Below, one piece after another: positions 21,464 through 31,516 of a stretch of DNA of 64,000 nt (its first letter is position 1; every line of letters begins with the position of its first letter). Below the pieces are notes generated by a model that had not been told where the DNA came from, ran no database searches, and was given only the letters and a program-made list of their open reading frames with translations. The position numbers were made by a program, and so were the translations under genes. Source of the stretch: Deltaproteobacteria bacterium (GTDB taxonomy: Bacteria > Myxococcota_A > Polyangia > Fen-1088); assembly GCA_033763315.1 (NCBI GenBank), contig JANRKS010000023.1, positions 64,001 to 128,000 on the forward strand. Reading direction: 5' to 3'.

Positions 21464-23020
21464 TTAGCCGTTGCGAATGATCGCCTCTGCCACGCGCACG
21501 CCGTCTAGCGCCGCGCTGACGATGCCACCTGCATAGCCTGCGCCTTCACCCGATGGATACAGGCCCGCCAGTGCGGGCGACTGCAGCGTGTCCGCATCGC
21601 GCAGAAGCCGCACAGGTGCGCTTGTGCGCGTCTCCACGCCCACCAAGACGCCGTCGTTGTGCGACAGGGGCCGCATACGCGCCACCAGCTGAGCCAAGCC
21701 TTCACGCATGGCTCGCGTTACGGGTGCAGGTAAAACATCATCCAGCTTGCGCGAGACGATGCCAGGCCGGTAGCTCGTGCGTGGCAAGTCTTTGCTCTCC
21801 TGGCCACGAATAAAATCCATCACCCGTTGTGCCGGCGCCTGCAACAGCGATCCGCCCGCGCGAAACGCAGCTTCCTCCACCGCGCGCTGAAAGTGAACGC
21901 CGGCCAAAGGACCTGCGGCGGAGGGACCGAAATCATCGGGCGCGACGCTGACCACGAAACCGGAATTCGCAAACGGTGAATCGCGTCGCGACAGGCTCAT
22001 GCCATTGACCACCACAGCCCCCTCCTCCGTCGATGCCGGCACAATCCAACCACCGGGGCACATACAAAAACTGTATACGCCGCGATCACATGACTGTGTT
22101 TTGAGTTCATAGAACGCCGCTGGCAACGCAGGATGCTCAGCGGCCGCCCCGTATTGCATCTGGTTGACCACAGGCTGCGGATGCTCCATGCGTACGCCCA
22201 ACGCAAACGCTTTGCGCTCAATCGCGATGTTGTTGCTGGCCGCCCATTCGTACACGGGCCGGGCCGAGTGGCCCACGGCCAGCACAACGGCGTCGGCTTC
22301 AATCTCAGCACCACCCGCGAGCTTCACGGCAACGATGCGATGATCAACAACGCGCAGACCGGCAAACTGTGTTTCGAAGTGATACGTGCCCCCATGCGCT
22401 TCGATGAATTGCCGCAACGACGTAAGGACTTTCGGCAAACGATTCGACCCCACGTGTGGACGCGAATCCACTTCCACCTCATCGGGCGCGCCGAAGCGGC
22501 GCAGATCAGAGAGGATCTGTGCAACGCCATCGCGATCTTTGGATCGCGTGTAAAGCTTGCCATCGGAGTAAGTGCCTGCTCCACCTTCACCGAAACAATA
22601 ATTCGAATCACTGTTGAGAACACCGCGCTGCAGGTTCGCAAGATCTTTGCGCCGCGGCTGCACCTGTTTGCCGCGCTCCAGAATCACGGGAGCAAGACCT
22701 GCTTCGATCAAACGCAAAGCGGCCCACGTTCCCGCTGGACCCGAACCCACGATCACCACGCGCTTGTGTGCGCGGCCGCTAGGCCATTGCACGGGATGGC
22801 GCTGCAGAAATGATCGCGGTGGGAGCGTTTCGCCAGCCCTGGCAACGTCTGCACGCACACGAAATCCCGCAGGACGGCCTTTGCGCGCGTCAAGAGCGCG
22901 ACGCACCACGCGAACGTCACCGGTGGATCCGGGGCGCCACCCTAACGCACGCGCCGCGAGCGACTCGATGGGCTCGCTGACAGCCGCAAGGGGAACAAAG
23001 AACTCGATGGTGGTCGTCAT
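21464..23020 (-). CDS. FAD-dependent oxidoreductase
   Basis: IVGSGPAG, FGEGGAGTYSDGKL, FCMCPGG, GEGAGYAGGIVSAA. Confidence 0.92.
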   Translation of the reverse strand: MTTTIEFFVPLAAVSEPIESLAARALGWRPGSTGDVRVVRRALDARKGRPAGFRVRADVARAGETLPPRSFLQRHPVQWPSGRAHKRVVIVGSGPAGTWAALRLIEAGLAPVILERGKQVQPRRKDLANLQRGVLNSDSNYCFGEGGAGTYSDGKLYTRSKDRDGVAQILSDLRRFGAPDEVEVDSRPHVGSNRLPKVLTSLRQFIEAHGGTYHFETQFAGLRVVDHRIVAVKLAGGAEIEADAVVLAVGHSARPVYEWAASNNIAIERKAFALGVRMEHPQPVVNQMQYGAAAEHPALPAAFYELKTQSCDRGVYSFCMCPGGWIVPASTEEGAVVVNGMSLSRRDSPFANSGFVVSVAPDDFGPSAAGPLAGVHFQRAVEEAAFRAGGSLLQAPAQRVMDFIRGQESKDLPRTSYRPGIVSRKLDDVLPAPVTRAMREGLAQLVARMRPLSHNDGVLVGVETRTSAPVRLLRDADTLQSPALAGLYPSGEGAGYAGGIVSAALDGVRVAEAIIRNG

Positions 23021-23562
23021 AGCGGCGTGTTGATCTTCGTTTGCAAAGCGACCTGCGTTCGGGCGAGCGCCGACTCCAGCACCGGTTGCCAACGCCTTGT
23101 TAAAGCGGTCTGTAACGTTTCTTCAACGATGCCCGCCGCGAGGTCGGTACCTTGTAACGGATCCTCGGCGAGCTCTGCGTAGTACGGTCGCCACTGCGTT
23201 GTGGGCGCGAACAGAACGCGCATGCCGAACTTATCTGCAAAGTGTGCTTGAAGTCGCAGCGTTGCATACTCTCGCGAGATATCGCGATCATCTGTATTTG
23301 CTAAACCCCAATCAACTTGCACCAAGTTCTGCTCACCCTCGACGAGTGCGTGGCACAGTTCGTGAAACACGAGTTGCGCAACACAATCATCAGCATCAAG
23401 CGTTTCCGCAGTTCCGATTAAGATTGTGCCGTGCCCGTCCGATGACGCGTAGGCTTCATCGCTGCGAGACACCGTGAATCCAAGTTGGCCCGCAACATGC
23501 AACCAAATCTTGTCCACTTCGTCGCAATTCAAAGGACTGGGTCGTATCGAATTTCTCTGCAT
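23017..23562 (-). CDS. HExxH-motif hypothetical protein (EpmC/ImmA-like fold)
   Basis: QLVFHELCHALVEG..DWGL; ATGA coupling to the oxidoreductase; start uncertain. Confidence 0.65.
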   Translation of the reverse strand: MQRNSIRPSPLNCDEVDKIWLHVAGQLGFTVSRSDEAYASSDGHGTILIGTAETLDADDCVAQLVFHELCHALVEGEQNLVQVDWGLANTDDRDISREYATLRLQAHFADKFGMRVLFAPTTQWRPYYAELAEDPLQGTDLAAGIVEETLQTALTRRWQPVLESALARTQVALQTKINTPL

Positions 23563-23814
23563 GCTCGAACAGTCCACTATTACAGAATTTCGCGCACTTG
23601 CGAGAGATCTGAGATGAAGCGACATGCGTTTGGGGCTTGTTTTAGGCCGATTTTCATTGACTAAGGCTTCATAAACACATAAATCCTCGACTCTCGACCC
23701 TATCCCATACCGGCCCACACACTAATTGTGCTGACGCCGTCCTCGCTCCGACGCCCTGGAAACTCCGAAAAGAGTTTCGAGCCAAAGCAGAGTTAAACCA
23801 GCGGGATAAATATT

Positions 23815-24741
23815 TTGCTTCTGTCGAATTCAACGAACATCGTAAGCGCCATCCTCGCCGTGGCTGGCGCGCTATCAACCCTAACCTCCGCGGAGGCGGG
23901 TGAACATGCACCTAAAGTGCAGAGTTTGCCGGCAAAAACGCCATCTGCGCCGACGACTGGTGCGATTCATGCAGACAGCGCCGCGTCGCCTCCCACCTTC
24001 GACGAAACATGTTTCGCCGAAACGGTTTGCCGCCTCAAAGAGAAATTGCGTTGGCAAAAGCCCGCGTGGGATGCCGATTTCTGTAAACAGATTGCGCATG
24101 ACTTTGTCACCGCGGCCAACGAATTCGATCTGCATCCCGCCCTGTTGTTGGCGATAGCTATCAACGAGAGCGATCTGGATGAGACGGCCGTTTTGCCAAC
24201 GGTTCGCGGCGATAACGTTTACGCGAAAGACGGTGGCCTGATGGGCATCCGCTGCATCTTGGACGACAAGGGGCGCTGCACAAATGGCAACGTCAAAGGC
24301 CGGATGTGGAACGCAATCATGACCCCACAAGAGAACATCGTTCTAGGGGCGCGGGAGTTGGCGCATTACCGCGATGGCGCTGCGATCGAGCGCGTAGAGA
24401 CGCGCGTTCGCGGCCGTGATGGCCGCGTTTCCAAAGTCACGCGCACCAGCCGCTGCAAGCATAAGACGCATGCGTATTGGGCGCACTATAACCACGGGCC
24501 GCTGTACCGGACGGAGGGGTATGCGCGGCATTACCCCCATCGGGTGGCCGTTGTTTACTATGCACTTGTGACGGCCATGGGGCTTCCCGTGCCAAGCGAA
24601 CTCACAGGTCGCATAACGATCGTCGATCGTGGACTGCGCCCGCGCACCGCCGACCGTCCCGTGGAACAACGATTCAAGGATTTGGTGGGCGTCATCGAGA
24701 ACGCACCCAATTCTTGCTCAAACCTTGCCACACTAAATTAA
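23815..24741 (+). CDS. Secreted lytic transglycosylase (SLT)-like protein
   Basis: Signal peptide; LHPALLLAIAINES catalytic-Glu motif, GGLMG, ENIVLGAREL, AHYNHG. Confidence 0.7.
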   Translation: MLLSNSTNIVSAILAVAGALSTLTSAEAGEHAPKVQSLPAKTPSAPTTGAIHADSAASPPTFDETCFAETVCRLKEKLRWQKPAWDADFCKQIAHDFVTAANEFDLHPALLLAIAINESDLDETAVLPTVRGDNVYAKDGGLMGIRCILDDKGRCTNGNVKGRMWNAIMTPQENIVLGARELAHYRDGAAIERVETRVRGRDGRVSKVTRTSRCKHKTHAYWAHYNHGPLYRTEGYARHYPHRVAVVYYALVTAMGLPVPSELTGRITIVDRGLRPRTADRPVEQRFKDLVGVIENAPNSCSNLATLN

Positions 24742-24767
24742 CGAACGCGGAACTAGCAAACGCGCCG

Positions 24768-26414
24768 CTAGCAGACGCGCTCGACGAGGCCGTGTTTGAG
24801 CAGCCACGCCGTAAGCATGTGTGCAGCCAAGGTGCCTTTGTGCCCCGCACTCCACCGCGTGGATTGTAAATACTGGCACAGCTGGGCGGAGGACAGCGGG
24901 GCCGCTCGCACGGCGGCCAAAGCGAAATCCACGTCTGCTTCGTCGAACAGCGTTTTGAGTTCGGGATGCAAGTGCAACTTAGATGCGTCTGCAAATGTTG
25001 ATGCAGCCAAAGCCTCTGCTGTTCCAGATTGCGCAAAATGTCGCGCAAATATACGCGAGAAATCCATGCCAAGCGATGATGCAATGGCATTGCGTTTACT
25101 GTTCATGCGCAACCGCCGCCACACAGCCTCATACGCGGGAATGATCGCGGACCACGAATACTTTTGGGTGGCCCACGCCCGCGCGGCGGCGCCTTTGCGC
25201 TGGCGGTCGCCAGGGTCTGCGCAGACGTGCAACAATGTTGTCAACAACGCCTGAGGATCCACAGAGGTGGATTGCCCCAGCAACAGATGCAAAGGCCGCT
25301 CGTAAAGCGAAAGCCCCCAGTTTTTCAGGATGGAAAGGTCAGCTTCCATCGTGGTTTTCACACGCCAGCCCACCTCGGGTGGCACGGTATCTTGGTAACC
25401 ATCGAAATCAGAAACGACCGCGGGCAAACCCATGGCCATGGCTTCGATCACAGCCAAGCCAAACGTCTCTTGCACGTTGTCACTGGGCGAAAGGAAAACA
25501 TCGGCGGCGGCCAACCACGCGCCTTTTTCGGCCACGGGAAAGTCGACGACCAGATGCAATCGATCCGACACGCCCATAGCGTCGCCCCACAGCTTCACCA
25601 TCTCGGGGGTGCCGGTGCCCTGGCGTGCACCCGCAAGGACAAGATGAATGTCCCGCCTTGCGGTTTGCGCGAGCAACCGTGCGAACACGCGGACCAGCGG
25701 AAACAGGTCCATCTTGTCGTATTCAGAAAAGCGACCGAGACACAGCAGAACCAGAGCTTCATCGCCAATGCCGAGGCGCGCGCGCATTTCAGATCGCGGC
25801 AGATGATTGGCACTGGCCACAAGCGCATCTACATCGATGCCCAACGGCACCAGGGCACGCTCGAAGTTCATCGGGGGTGTTTGCCAGCCACGCGCCGCCG
25901 CACTTTCGGCAACCACTGCCAAGCTCTCATCCAAGGCCAAACGACCGGCTTGGCTTGAACAAAACACAGCGTCGCCCTGCCCCGGTGGCTGCAGGTACCC
26001 GCGCACATAACTTTCCAACATGCGCGGGTAAGACAAGCTGTGAATTTGCCCGGTCACCGGCACATGCACTTGCGCAAAAGCATCGCGCAACGCCACGAGA
26101 TCGAAGAACCAGCCCCAATGGCTTTCATGATGAATCACCGAGATTTCGCCGGCACCCAAGAGATCCGGTAACTCCAAGCGGTGGGCGATGGCGATGCGCT
26201 GCGGATCCACGTGATCCATGCTGGCAATGAATGCCTCCACCGCGGGCCGCTGCGCCTGCTCGCCCACGAAGAACATAAAGCGAGCCACGTCGCCATAGCG
26301 CACCAGCGCCCGCAAGAACGACTCGTTCGCCACACGCCGGCCCACCAACACACCTTCACCGCCCCACCCACCGGCTTCGACGCCGGGCTCGATAAACATC
26401 GCAAGGGTGTGCAT
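24768..26414 (-). CDS. Glycosyltransferase family 4
   Basis: ADVFLSPSDNVQETFGLAVIEAMAMGLPAVVSDFDG. Confidence 0.9.
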   Translation of the reverse strand: MHTLAMFIEPGVEAGGWGGEGVLVGRRVANESFLRALVRYGDVARFMFFVGEQAQRPAVEAFIASMDHVDPQRIAIAHRLELPDLLGAGEISVIHHESHWGWFFDLVALRDAFAQVHVPVTGQIHSLSYPRMLESYVRGYLQPPGQGDAVFCSSQAGRLALDESLAVVAESAAARGWQTPPMNFERALVPLGIDVDALVASANHLPRSEMRARLGIGDEALVLLCLGRFSEYDKMDLFPLVRVFARLLAQTARRDIHLVLAGARQGTGTPEMVKLWGDAMGVSDRLHLVVDFPVAEKGAWLAAADVFLSPSDNVQETFGLAVIEAMAMGLPAVVSDFDGYQDTVPPEVGWRVKTTMEADLSILKNWGLSLYERPLHLLLGQSTSVDPQALLTTLLHVCADPGDRQRKGAAARAWATQKYSWSAIIPAYEAVWRRLRMNSKRNAIASSLGMDFSRIFARHFAQSGTAEALAASTFADASKLHLHPELKTLFDEADVDFALAAVRAAPLSSAQLCQYLQSTRWSAGHKGTLAAHMLTAWLLKHGLVERVC

Positions 26415-26546
26415 GCTTCATGGAAGCTGGGTGGCGGGCTGGCGTCAACTTTCCGCCTGTAGCTTGGCCCCGAAGGTGTGGCCTCAAGCGCCGTGCGGTC
26501 CTAAACTTAAGTGGGGCGAGGCTTTGGCTGCGTACCTCTGCCGCCG

Positions 26547-27407
26547 ATGTCAAAGGAGATCTTTGTCATGCAACCAAGCCGCGCGCGGGCCAACGAGGCC
26601 AATCTGGTGAATTTGGATCGGGACCACCCCGGTTTTCGCGATCTTGCCTACCGCGAACGCCGTGGCCACATCGCTCGTGCGGCACTCGAATTCGAAGAGG
26701 GACAACCCATTCCCACCATCGAATACACTGACGAAGAGCACGCCGTTTGGCAGACGGTGTGGCAGAAGCTTTCGCCCATTCACGCGCGGTACGCTTGTCG
26801 CGAATACCTCGATGGGCTGAGCCATTTGCCGCTGCGACACGACCGTATTCCTCAACTTGCGGATGTTAGCGCCCAGCTCTCGCAGGCGAGTGGCTTTCGC
26901 ATGTTGCCGGTGGCTGGGTTGGTGACGTCGCAGGTGTTCCTAACGCAACTGTCTCGGCGCGTATTTCTTTCCACGCAATACATCCGACACAGCAGCCGCC
27001 CGTTGTACACGCCCGAGCCAGACTTGATCCATGAAGTGGTGGGACACGCGTCGTCGCTGTGCAATCCAGACCTTGCGGCGCTCAATCAAAGATTCGGTGA
27101 GGTGGCCGCGCGTGCGCCCGCGGAGCGCATCGTCGAGCTTGAGCGGCTTTACTGGTACACGGTTGAATTCGGCACCGTGCTGCAAGACGGTAAACCCAAG
27201 GCCTATGGCGCAGGCTTGCTGTCTTCGTTCGGTGAATTGGGCCGTTTCGCTACGGATGCGTTTTTGAGGCCGTTCGATGTGGAGTCAGCCACAGCACATG
27301 CATATGACCCCACCGACTATCAGAAGATGCTGTTCTTTGTGCCATCGTTGGCCTTCTTGCGCGAGCGGCTCGACCGCTTCTTTTCGGACCGCTTTGCGGT
27401 GTCGTGA
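26547..27407 (+). CDS. phhA: Phenylalanine 4-monooxygenase
   Basis: QYIRH..YTPEPDLIHEVVGH, LYWYTVEFG, YGAGLLSSFGE. Confidence 0.95.
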   Translation: MSKEIFVMQPSRARANEANLVNLDRDHPGFRDLAYRERRGHIARAALEFEEGQPIPTIEYTDEEHAVWQTVWQKLSPIHARYACREYLDGLSHLPLRHDRIPQLADVSAQLSQASGFRMLPVAGLVTSQVFLTQLSRRVFLSTQYIRHSSRPLYTPEPDLIHEVVGHASSLCNPDLAALNQRFGEVAARAPAERIVELERLYWYTVEFGTVLQDGKPKAYGAGLLSSFGELGRFATDAFLRPFDVESATAHAYDPTDYQKMLFFVPSLAFLRERLDRFFSDRFAVS

Positions 27408-27447
27408 CAGCCGATGAAGGCCGGAAGTCTGGTAGGCTTGGGCCGTC

Positions 27448-28032
27448 ATGAGCGCAAGCAACCTTGGCAAGTTCACGATCCACGGCAACGAAGCGGCTTT
27501 ATGCATCGTTGATTTTCAAGAGCGGCTGGCCACGGCGATGCCCGAAGCGCTGCGCTTGGCTTGCGAGAGGAACATCGTATTGCTCTTGGAGGTGGCCCAG
27601 CGGCAAGGCTGGCCCGTGCTCGTGACTGAACAATACCCCAAGGGCTTAGGTGGCACGGTGCCCACGTTGCAAAGGGCGTTGGGAGCTCGATCCAACGGCG
27701 TCTTTCACCTGGAAAAGCTGCACTTTTCCGCAAGCAGCGCTCCGGGATTCGATGAGCTGTTCGCCCAGATCGCGCGGCGACAATGGGTGGTCACCGGCAT
27801 GGAAACGCATGTGTGTGTCTATCAAACGGTGCGCGGGCTGCTTGAGCGCGGTGTCAGTGTGCATGTCCCCGAAGACACGGTGGTGTCGCGCGCGGGAGCG
27901 AACCGGGCGCGGGGCTTAACGTTGATGGAAAGCATGGGGGCCGTGGTGACGTGCACAGAAACGGTTCTGTTTGACGCCCTCCACGTGGCCGGCACCGATG
28001 ACTTCAAAGCGCTGTCGAAGCAGCTTCGGTAG
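27448..28032 (+). CDS. Isochorismatase-family hydrolase
   Basis: VDFQERL, TEQYPKGLG, GMETHVCVYQT. Confidence 0.9.
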   Translation: MSASNLGKFTIHGNEAALCIVDFQERLATAMPEALRLACERNIVLLLEVAQRQGWPVLVTEQYPKGLGGTVPTLQRALGARSNGVFHLEKLHFSASSAPGFDELFAQIARRQWVVTGMETHVCVYQTVRGLLERGVSVHVPEDTVVSRAGANRARGLTLMESMGAVVTCTETVLFDALHVAGTDDFKALSKQLR

Positions 28033-28036
28033 GGCG

Positions 28037-29329
28037 CTAGGCCGCGACGGGCTCGGGATTCAGCCAGCCGGGCATGGCAGCAAGTTCACTGAGGGTGGCC
28101 GATAGCTCTAGGGTGGCGCCATGGACGGCTTCATAGGCTTTTACAAAGTCACCCACTCCACCCCGCCCCGCAGCCTCCCTGCAGATGAGCAGCGCGGACA
28201 ACAGCGCCTCGCGATCCAAAGGATTCGCTTTGAGTGCGTTCTCGGTGTGGCTCCAGGCCTCCCAAAGATCGCCGCGCATCAGGGCCAAGCGTGACAAACC
28301 CAGCAAAGGGCGCACCGAGGCCAACTGTTGATCGCGCGTGACATCGCGCAGAGCCATGCACTTGCAGAACTCTGCGGCGGCACGCAGTGGCTCACCCACG
28401 GACTCCCACAGCTCGGCCATACGCAGGTGATACGCGGCCGATGGGGAGATGCGATCCGCCCAAGGTGACAGGAACAACAGCGCGGCGTTTGCATCCGCTT
28501 TGTAAAGACCCTGCACCATCATGGAAAGCAGTTCGCCGGCAAAAGGAAAACCGGCGAGTCCGTATCCGCCCAATGCCGGCAAGTGGCCCCGGAAAGCATT
28601 GACCGTGCCCGTAAGCAGCTCGTCGTCCTTCCAGAACGAAGCAACCTCCAGCAGCTTGTACCAGCTGTAAAGATCAGTCGGGTCGGCCCCCAAGCAACGA
28701 CGAAGCAACGTGACGTCGCGTTCCTTCTTGTTCTTCTCTTGCGCTCGTTCCATTTGGTAGCCCAGATGCTCAACAACCCCCGTCAGTGCCGACACGCGCT
28801 TGGCGCTTCGTCGCAAACACGGCTCAAGGGAGCTCCACACCTCTTCGTGGATGGGATAGCGAAAAGTGACGTCGGGAAAGCGACGAAACAGCCGCAGGAG
28901 ATTCGAGAGATGGACATTTCCGTGCGGCAGGCGGTTGCGGAACACCAAAGTCGCGGCGCCCACACCGGCATTCTTGGTGGTGAGACGGATCTGTTCCTTC
29001 ACCTCGTCGCAAAGCATTTCGTCGGCGTCGAGGTAAAGCACCCAATCACCCCGCGCCGCCGCCAAGCCAAAGTTGCGAGCCGCCGCGAAGTCATGGTCCC
29101 AAGGCCGCTCAAGCACGATCGCGCCGGCAGCCTTTGCAATGTTGACGGTGTTGTCTTGCGACCCCGTATCCACCACGACCAGTTCGTCCCACACGCCTGC
29201 GGCACGCTCTAGACACTTGCCCAGCAACGCTTCTTCGTCTTTGACGATCATGCACAGGGTAACGGTTGTGCCCGCCAGATCGGCGGTCGCCACGGGTTGT
29301 TTCGGCAGTTTTGCGGTTGTCATTTGCAT
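28037..29329 (-). CDS. GT2 glycosyltransferase with TPR tail, probably for flagellin glycosylation
   Basis: LCMIVKDEE, VVDTGSQDNT, DFAAARN, LDADE, IHE, HLGY; last gene of the flagellar operon. Confidence 0.88.
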   Translation of the reverse strand: MQMTTAKLPKQPVATADLAGTTVTLCMIVKDEEALLGKCLERAAGVWDELVVVDTGSQDNTVNIAKAAGAIVLERPWDHDFAAARNFGLAAARGDWVLYLDADEMLCDEVKEQIRLTTKNAGVGAATLVFRNRLPHGNVHLSNLLRLFRRFPDVTFRYPIHEEVWSSLEPCLRRSAKRVSALTGVVEHLGYQMERAQEKNKKERDVTLLRRCLGADPTDLYSWYKLLEVASFWKDDELLTGTVNAFRGHLPALGGYGLAGFPFAGELLSMMVQGLYKADANAALLFLSPWADRISPSAAYHLRMAELWESVGEPLRAAAEFCKCMALRDVTRDQQLASVRPLLGLSRLALMRGDLWEAWSHTENALKANPLDREALLSALLICREAAGRGGVGDFVKAYEAVHGATLELSATLSELAAMPGWLNPEPVAA

Positions 29330-29332
29330 GAG

Positions 29333-29617
29333 CTATCCTCGATAGTTCTGCATGGCACGGGACGTGTTGCCCGCATGTTGTAGATCTTGATGCAAGCGTC
29401 GTCCCCAATCGGCCGTCAACGTCACGCAGCGAGCGAACAGCGTCTTGGCGTCTTGCAGGGCTTCGGGTGAAAGCACAATGCCCGCTTGCCGACAAGCCTC
29501 GACCGCATCGGCCAGGGCCTGCCCCGTTGTGCCTGCTTCGATCCAGCGCCCGTGCATCAGGTGCGATTCCAGATCTGACAGAGCCATGCGGAAGGCGACA
29601 AGCGGCGCAAGGGTCAC
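29333..29617 (-). CDS. Small helical protein, FliT-like
   Basis: Lies after fliS; 94 aa; ends RAMQNY. Confidence 0.55.
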   Translation of the reverse strand: MTLAPLVAFRMALSDLESHLMHGRWIEAGTTGQALADAVEACRQAGIVLSPEALQDAKTLFARCVTLTADWGRRLHQDLQHAGNTSRAMQNYRG

Positions 29618-30016
29618 TTATCGGGCCTCTTGTGCAATTTTACCCTCGGCTTGAAGCTTCTCGACCGCGCCTTGGAAGCCCTCAACGATGGGCAAGAACA
29701 CGCGTTCGGCTTCACGTGCGGCCTTCGCATCATGCGCGATCGCCGCGGTCACCAGACGACCGTTGACGAAACCATAGAGCTCTTTGAGCGAAGCGCACAG
29801 TTCAGGGGCCTTGCTGGAGTCCAGCGTTCGCGAAAGTTCCATCACAATGTCCGAGGCCTTCGTGAGGGGCAGCAAGGCTTGATCGAACCGATTGGTCTCC
29901 AGGGCTTGGGCGCCACTGCGGATGTGACGCAAACCGGCCTCAAACAGCAGGACCATAAGGCGTTCCTTGGAGGCGGTGGCATTCTGAGTTTGCGCATAAC
30001 GATTGACTTGGTTCAT
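29618..30016 (-). CDS. fliS: Flagellin chaperone FliS
   Basis: TASKERLMVLLFE..KASDIVMEL..LKELY. Confidence 0.93.
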   Translation of the reverse strand: MNQVNRYAQTQNATASKERLMVLLFEAGLRHIRSGAQALETNRFDQALLPLTKASDIVMELSRTLDSSKAPELCASLKELYGFVNGRLVTAAIAHDAKAAREAERVFLPIVEGFQGAVEKLQAEGKIAQEAR

Positions 30017-30030
30017 GTCGATTCACTCCC

Positions 30031-31368
30031 CTATTTGAAATTCTGTGACAGGAAATTGCCGGTCGCCTTGAGTCCCGAAATCGTTTTTTCCATGGCGGTG
30101 AATTGATTCACCAAGTTCGTTCGGAAGGCCTCAAGCCGAAGGTTCATGCTTTCAAGTTGGCGCCCCATCCCGTTGAGCTGAGAACTGATGCTGCTCTTGC
30201 GCTTGGTCAAGATGCCGTCGGCCGAGTTTGTGTAAAGGCTGGACAGACTGTCCACCACCGCCGAAACGCCGGTTGTGGCGGTCGAGAAGATGCTGTTGAC
30301 GGCGCTGGAGTCCTGATCTAACGCCTTTTGAAGCTTCGCGGTATCGATGCTGACCGTGCCGTCTTTTGAATTGGTCTTGAGGCCGAGATCAGCCAACGTC
30401 CTGACGTTGCCCAGCCCACTGACCGTATTTGTAATGATGTTCTGCAAGGACCTTTGTAAAGAACGCAGTGAACCATCGCCGGCCAAAGTTTGGTTGCGGT
30501 CGCTCAATATCGAAGGGCTCAAGTTCACCGTGATTGCGCCCATCACAGAGTTATAGGTATCAACGAAGGACTTGAGGTTCGCCGCCGTTTGCGTGGTGTC
30601 GTTCTCGAGCAGCAGCGTTTCTTGACCGGTGCCCTGCTTCTTCAGAACCAGGGTTGTGCCGGGCACGGCGTCTTTCACCGTGTTGGAGCTGCGCTCAAAG
30701 TCGAGGCCGTTGACTTTGAACTCCGCGTTTACGGCGTCGGTCTCGGTGAATGCGATGTTCTCGCCCGTAAGGCCCGTTTGGTTCAGTGTGACATTGAGGG
30801 CATTCGCGGCCGTGGTGCCCACCGTAAAACCGGAATCTTTGCGAACGATGCTTAAAAAGTCCTGCGTGCCATTGTTAAGAACAGTGGCGGTAACGGCCGC
30901 CCCTGATTGTTTGATCGCCGTCGCGATGGTGGCCAGGGAGTCGCCCTCGTTTATGGCGATCGCGTAGTTTGTTCCCTCGATGCTGACGGTCATCGTGCCC
31001 GACTTCATCGCAGCGTCTTTGGTGTTGCCACCGCTACGTGCACGCGCTGCCGTGGCGAGTTGGGTCACTTCAATGTCGTACTGCCCCGCTGCGGCACCGG
31101 TTCCAGGCGTGGCCGAAAACGCCGTGTTCTCGGTTGTGGACTTTACGCCGAGGCCACCATCAGTGGCGAGTTTCGAAGCCGCCGTTTTGAACGCCTGAAG
31201 CTTCGACGTGAGATCGCCCAGAACCGACACTTGGCGGTTGAACGCTGACTGCCTCTGCTGAAGACGCCCGATCGGAATCGATTCGATCTTGGTCAGCTGC
31301 TCAATGATGTAGTTGGTATCTAACCCCGAGGCCAAGCCACTGGCTCTAAATGGTGCTTCGTCGGCCAT
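30031..31368 (-). CDS. fliD: Flagellar cap protein FliD
   Basis: SGLASGLDT, YDIEVTQLA, RSSN, QFTAME. Confidence 0.95.
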   Translation of the reverse strand: MADEAPFRASGLASGLDTNYIIEQLTKIESIPIGRLQQRQSAFNRQVSVLGDLTSKLQAFKTAASKLATDGGLGVKSTTENTAFSATPGTGAAAGQYDIEVTQLATAARARSGGNTKDAAMKSGTMTVSIEGTNYAIAINEGDSLATIATAIKQSGAAVTATVLNNGTQDFLSIVRKDSGFTVGTTAANALNVTLNQTGLTGENIAFTETDAVNAEFKVNGLDFERSSNTVKDAVPGTTLVLKKQGTGQETLLLENDTTQTAANLKSFVDTYNSVMGAITVNLSPSILSDRNQTLAGDGSLRSLQRSLQNIITNTVSGLGNVRTLADLGLKTNSKDGTVSIDTAKLQKALDQDSSAVNSIFSTATTGVSAVVDSLSSLYTNSADGILTKRKSSISSQLNGMGRQLESMNLRLEAFRTNLVNQFTAMEKTISGLKATGNFLSQNFK

Positions 31369-31436
31369 GGTCGATTCCTCTGTGAGCAACCCCTTGTTTA
31401 CGCGAAAAGCCGCCTTTTCTGGGTTCTCGTCCAGAA

Positions 31437-31464
31437 ACAGCGGCTCCTTGCGCCGAAAACTTTA
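31437..31464 (-). promoter_or_regulatory. Candidate sigma28 promoter for fliD
   Basis: Minus strand TAAAGTTT-N12-GCCGCTGT versus consensus TAAAGTTT-N11-GCCGATAA. Confidence 0.5.
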
Positions 31465-31471
31465 GCCTCAT

Positions 31472-31508
31472 GCGCGAAGGGGCCCCATATTTCGTGGGCC
31501 CCCTGCGC
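31472..31508 (-). terminator. Imperfect GC hairpin after fliC
   Basis: GGGGCCCCA-TATTTCG-TGGGCCCCC; weak U-tract. Confidence 0.4.
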
Positions 31509-31516
31509 CGCGGCGA

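Noticed and set aside
23657-23685. sigma70 promoter TTGACT..TAAATC for the SLT gene
   Set aside because: Good -35 but weak -10; not enough to call
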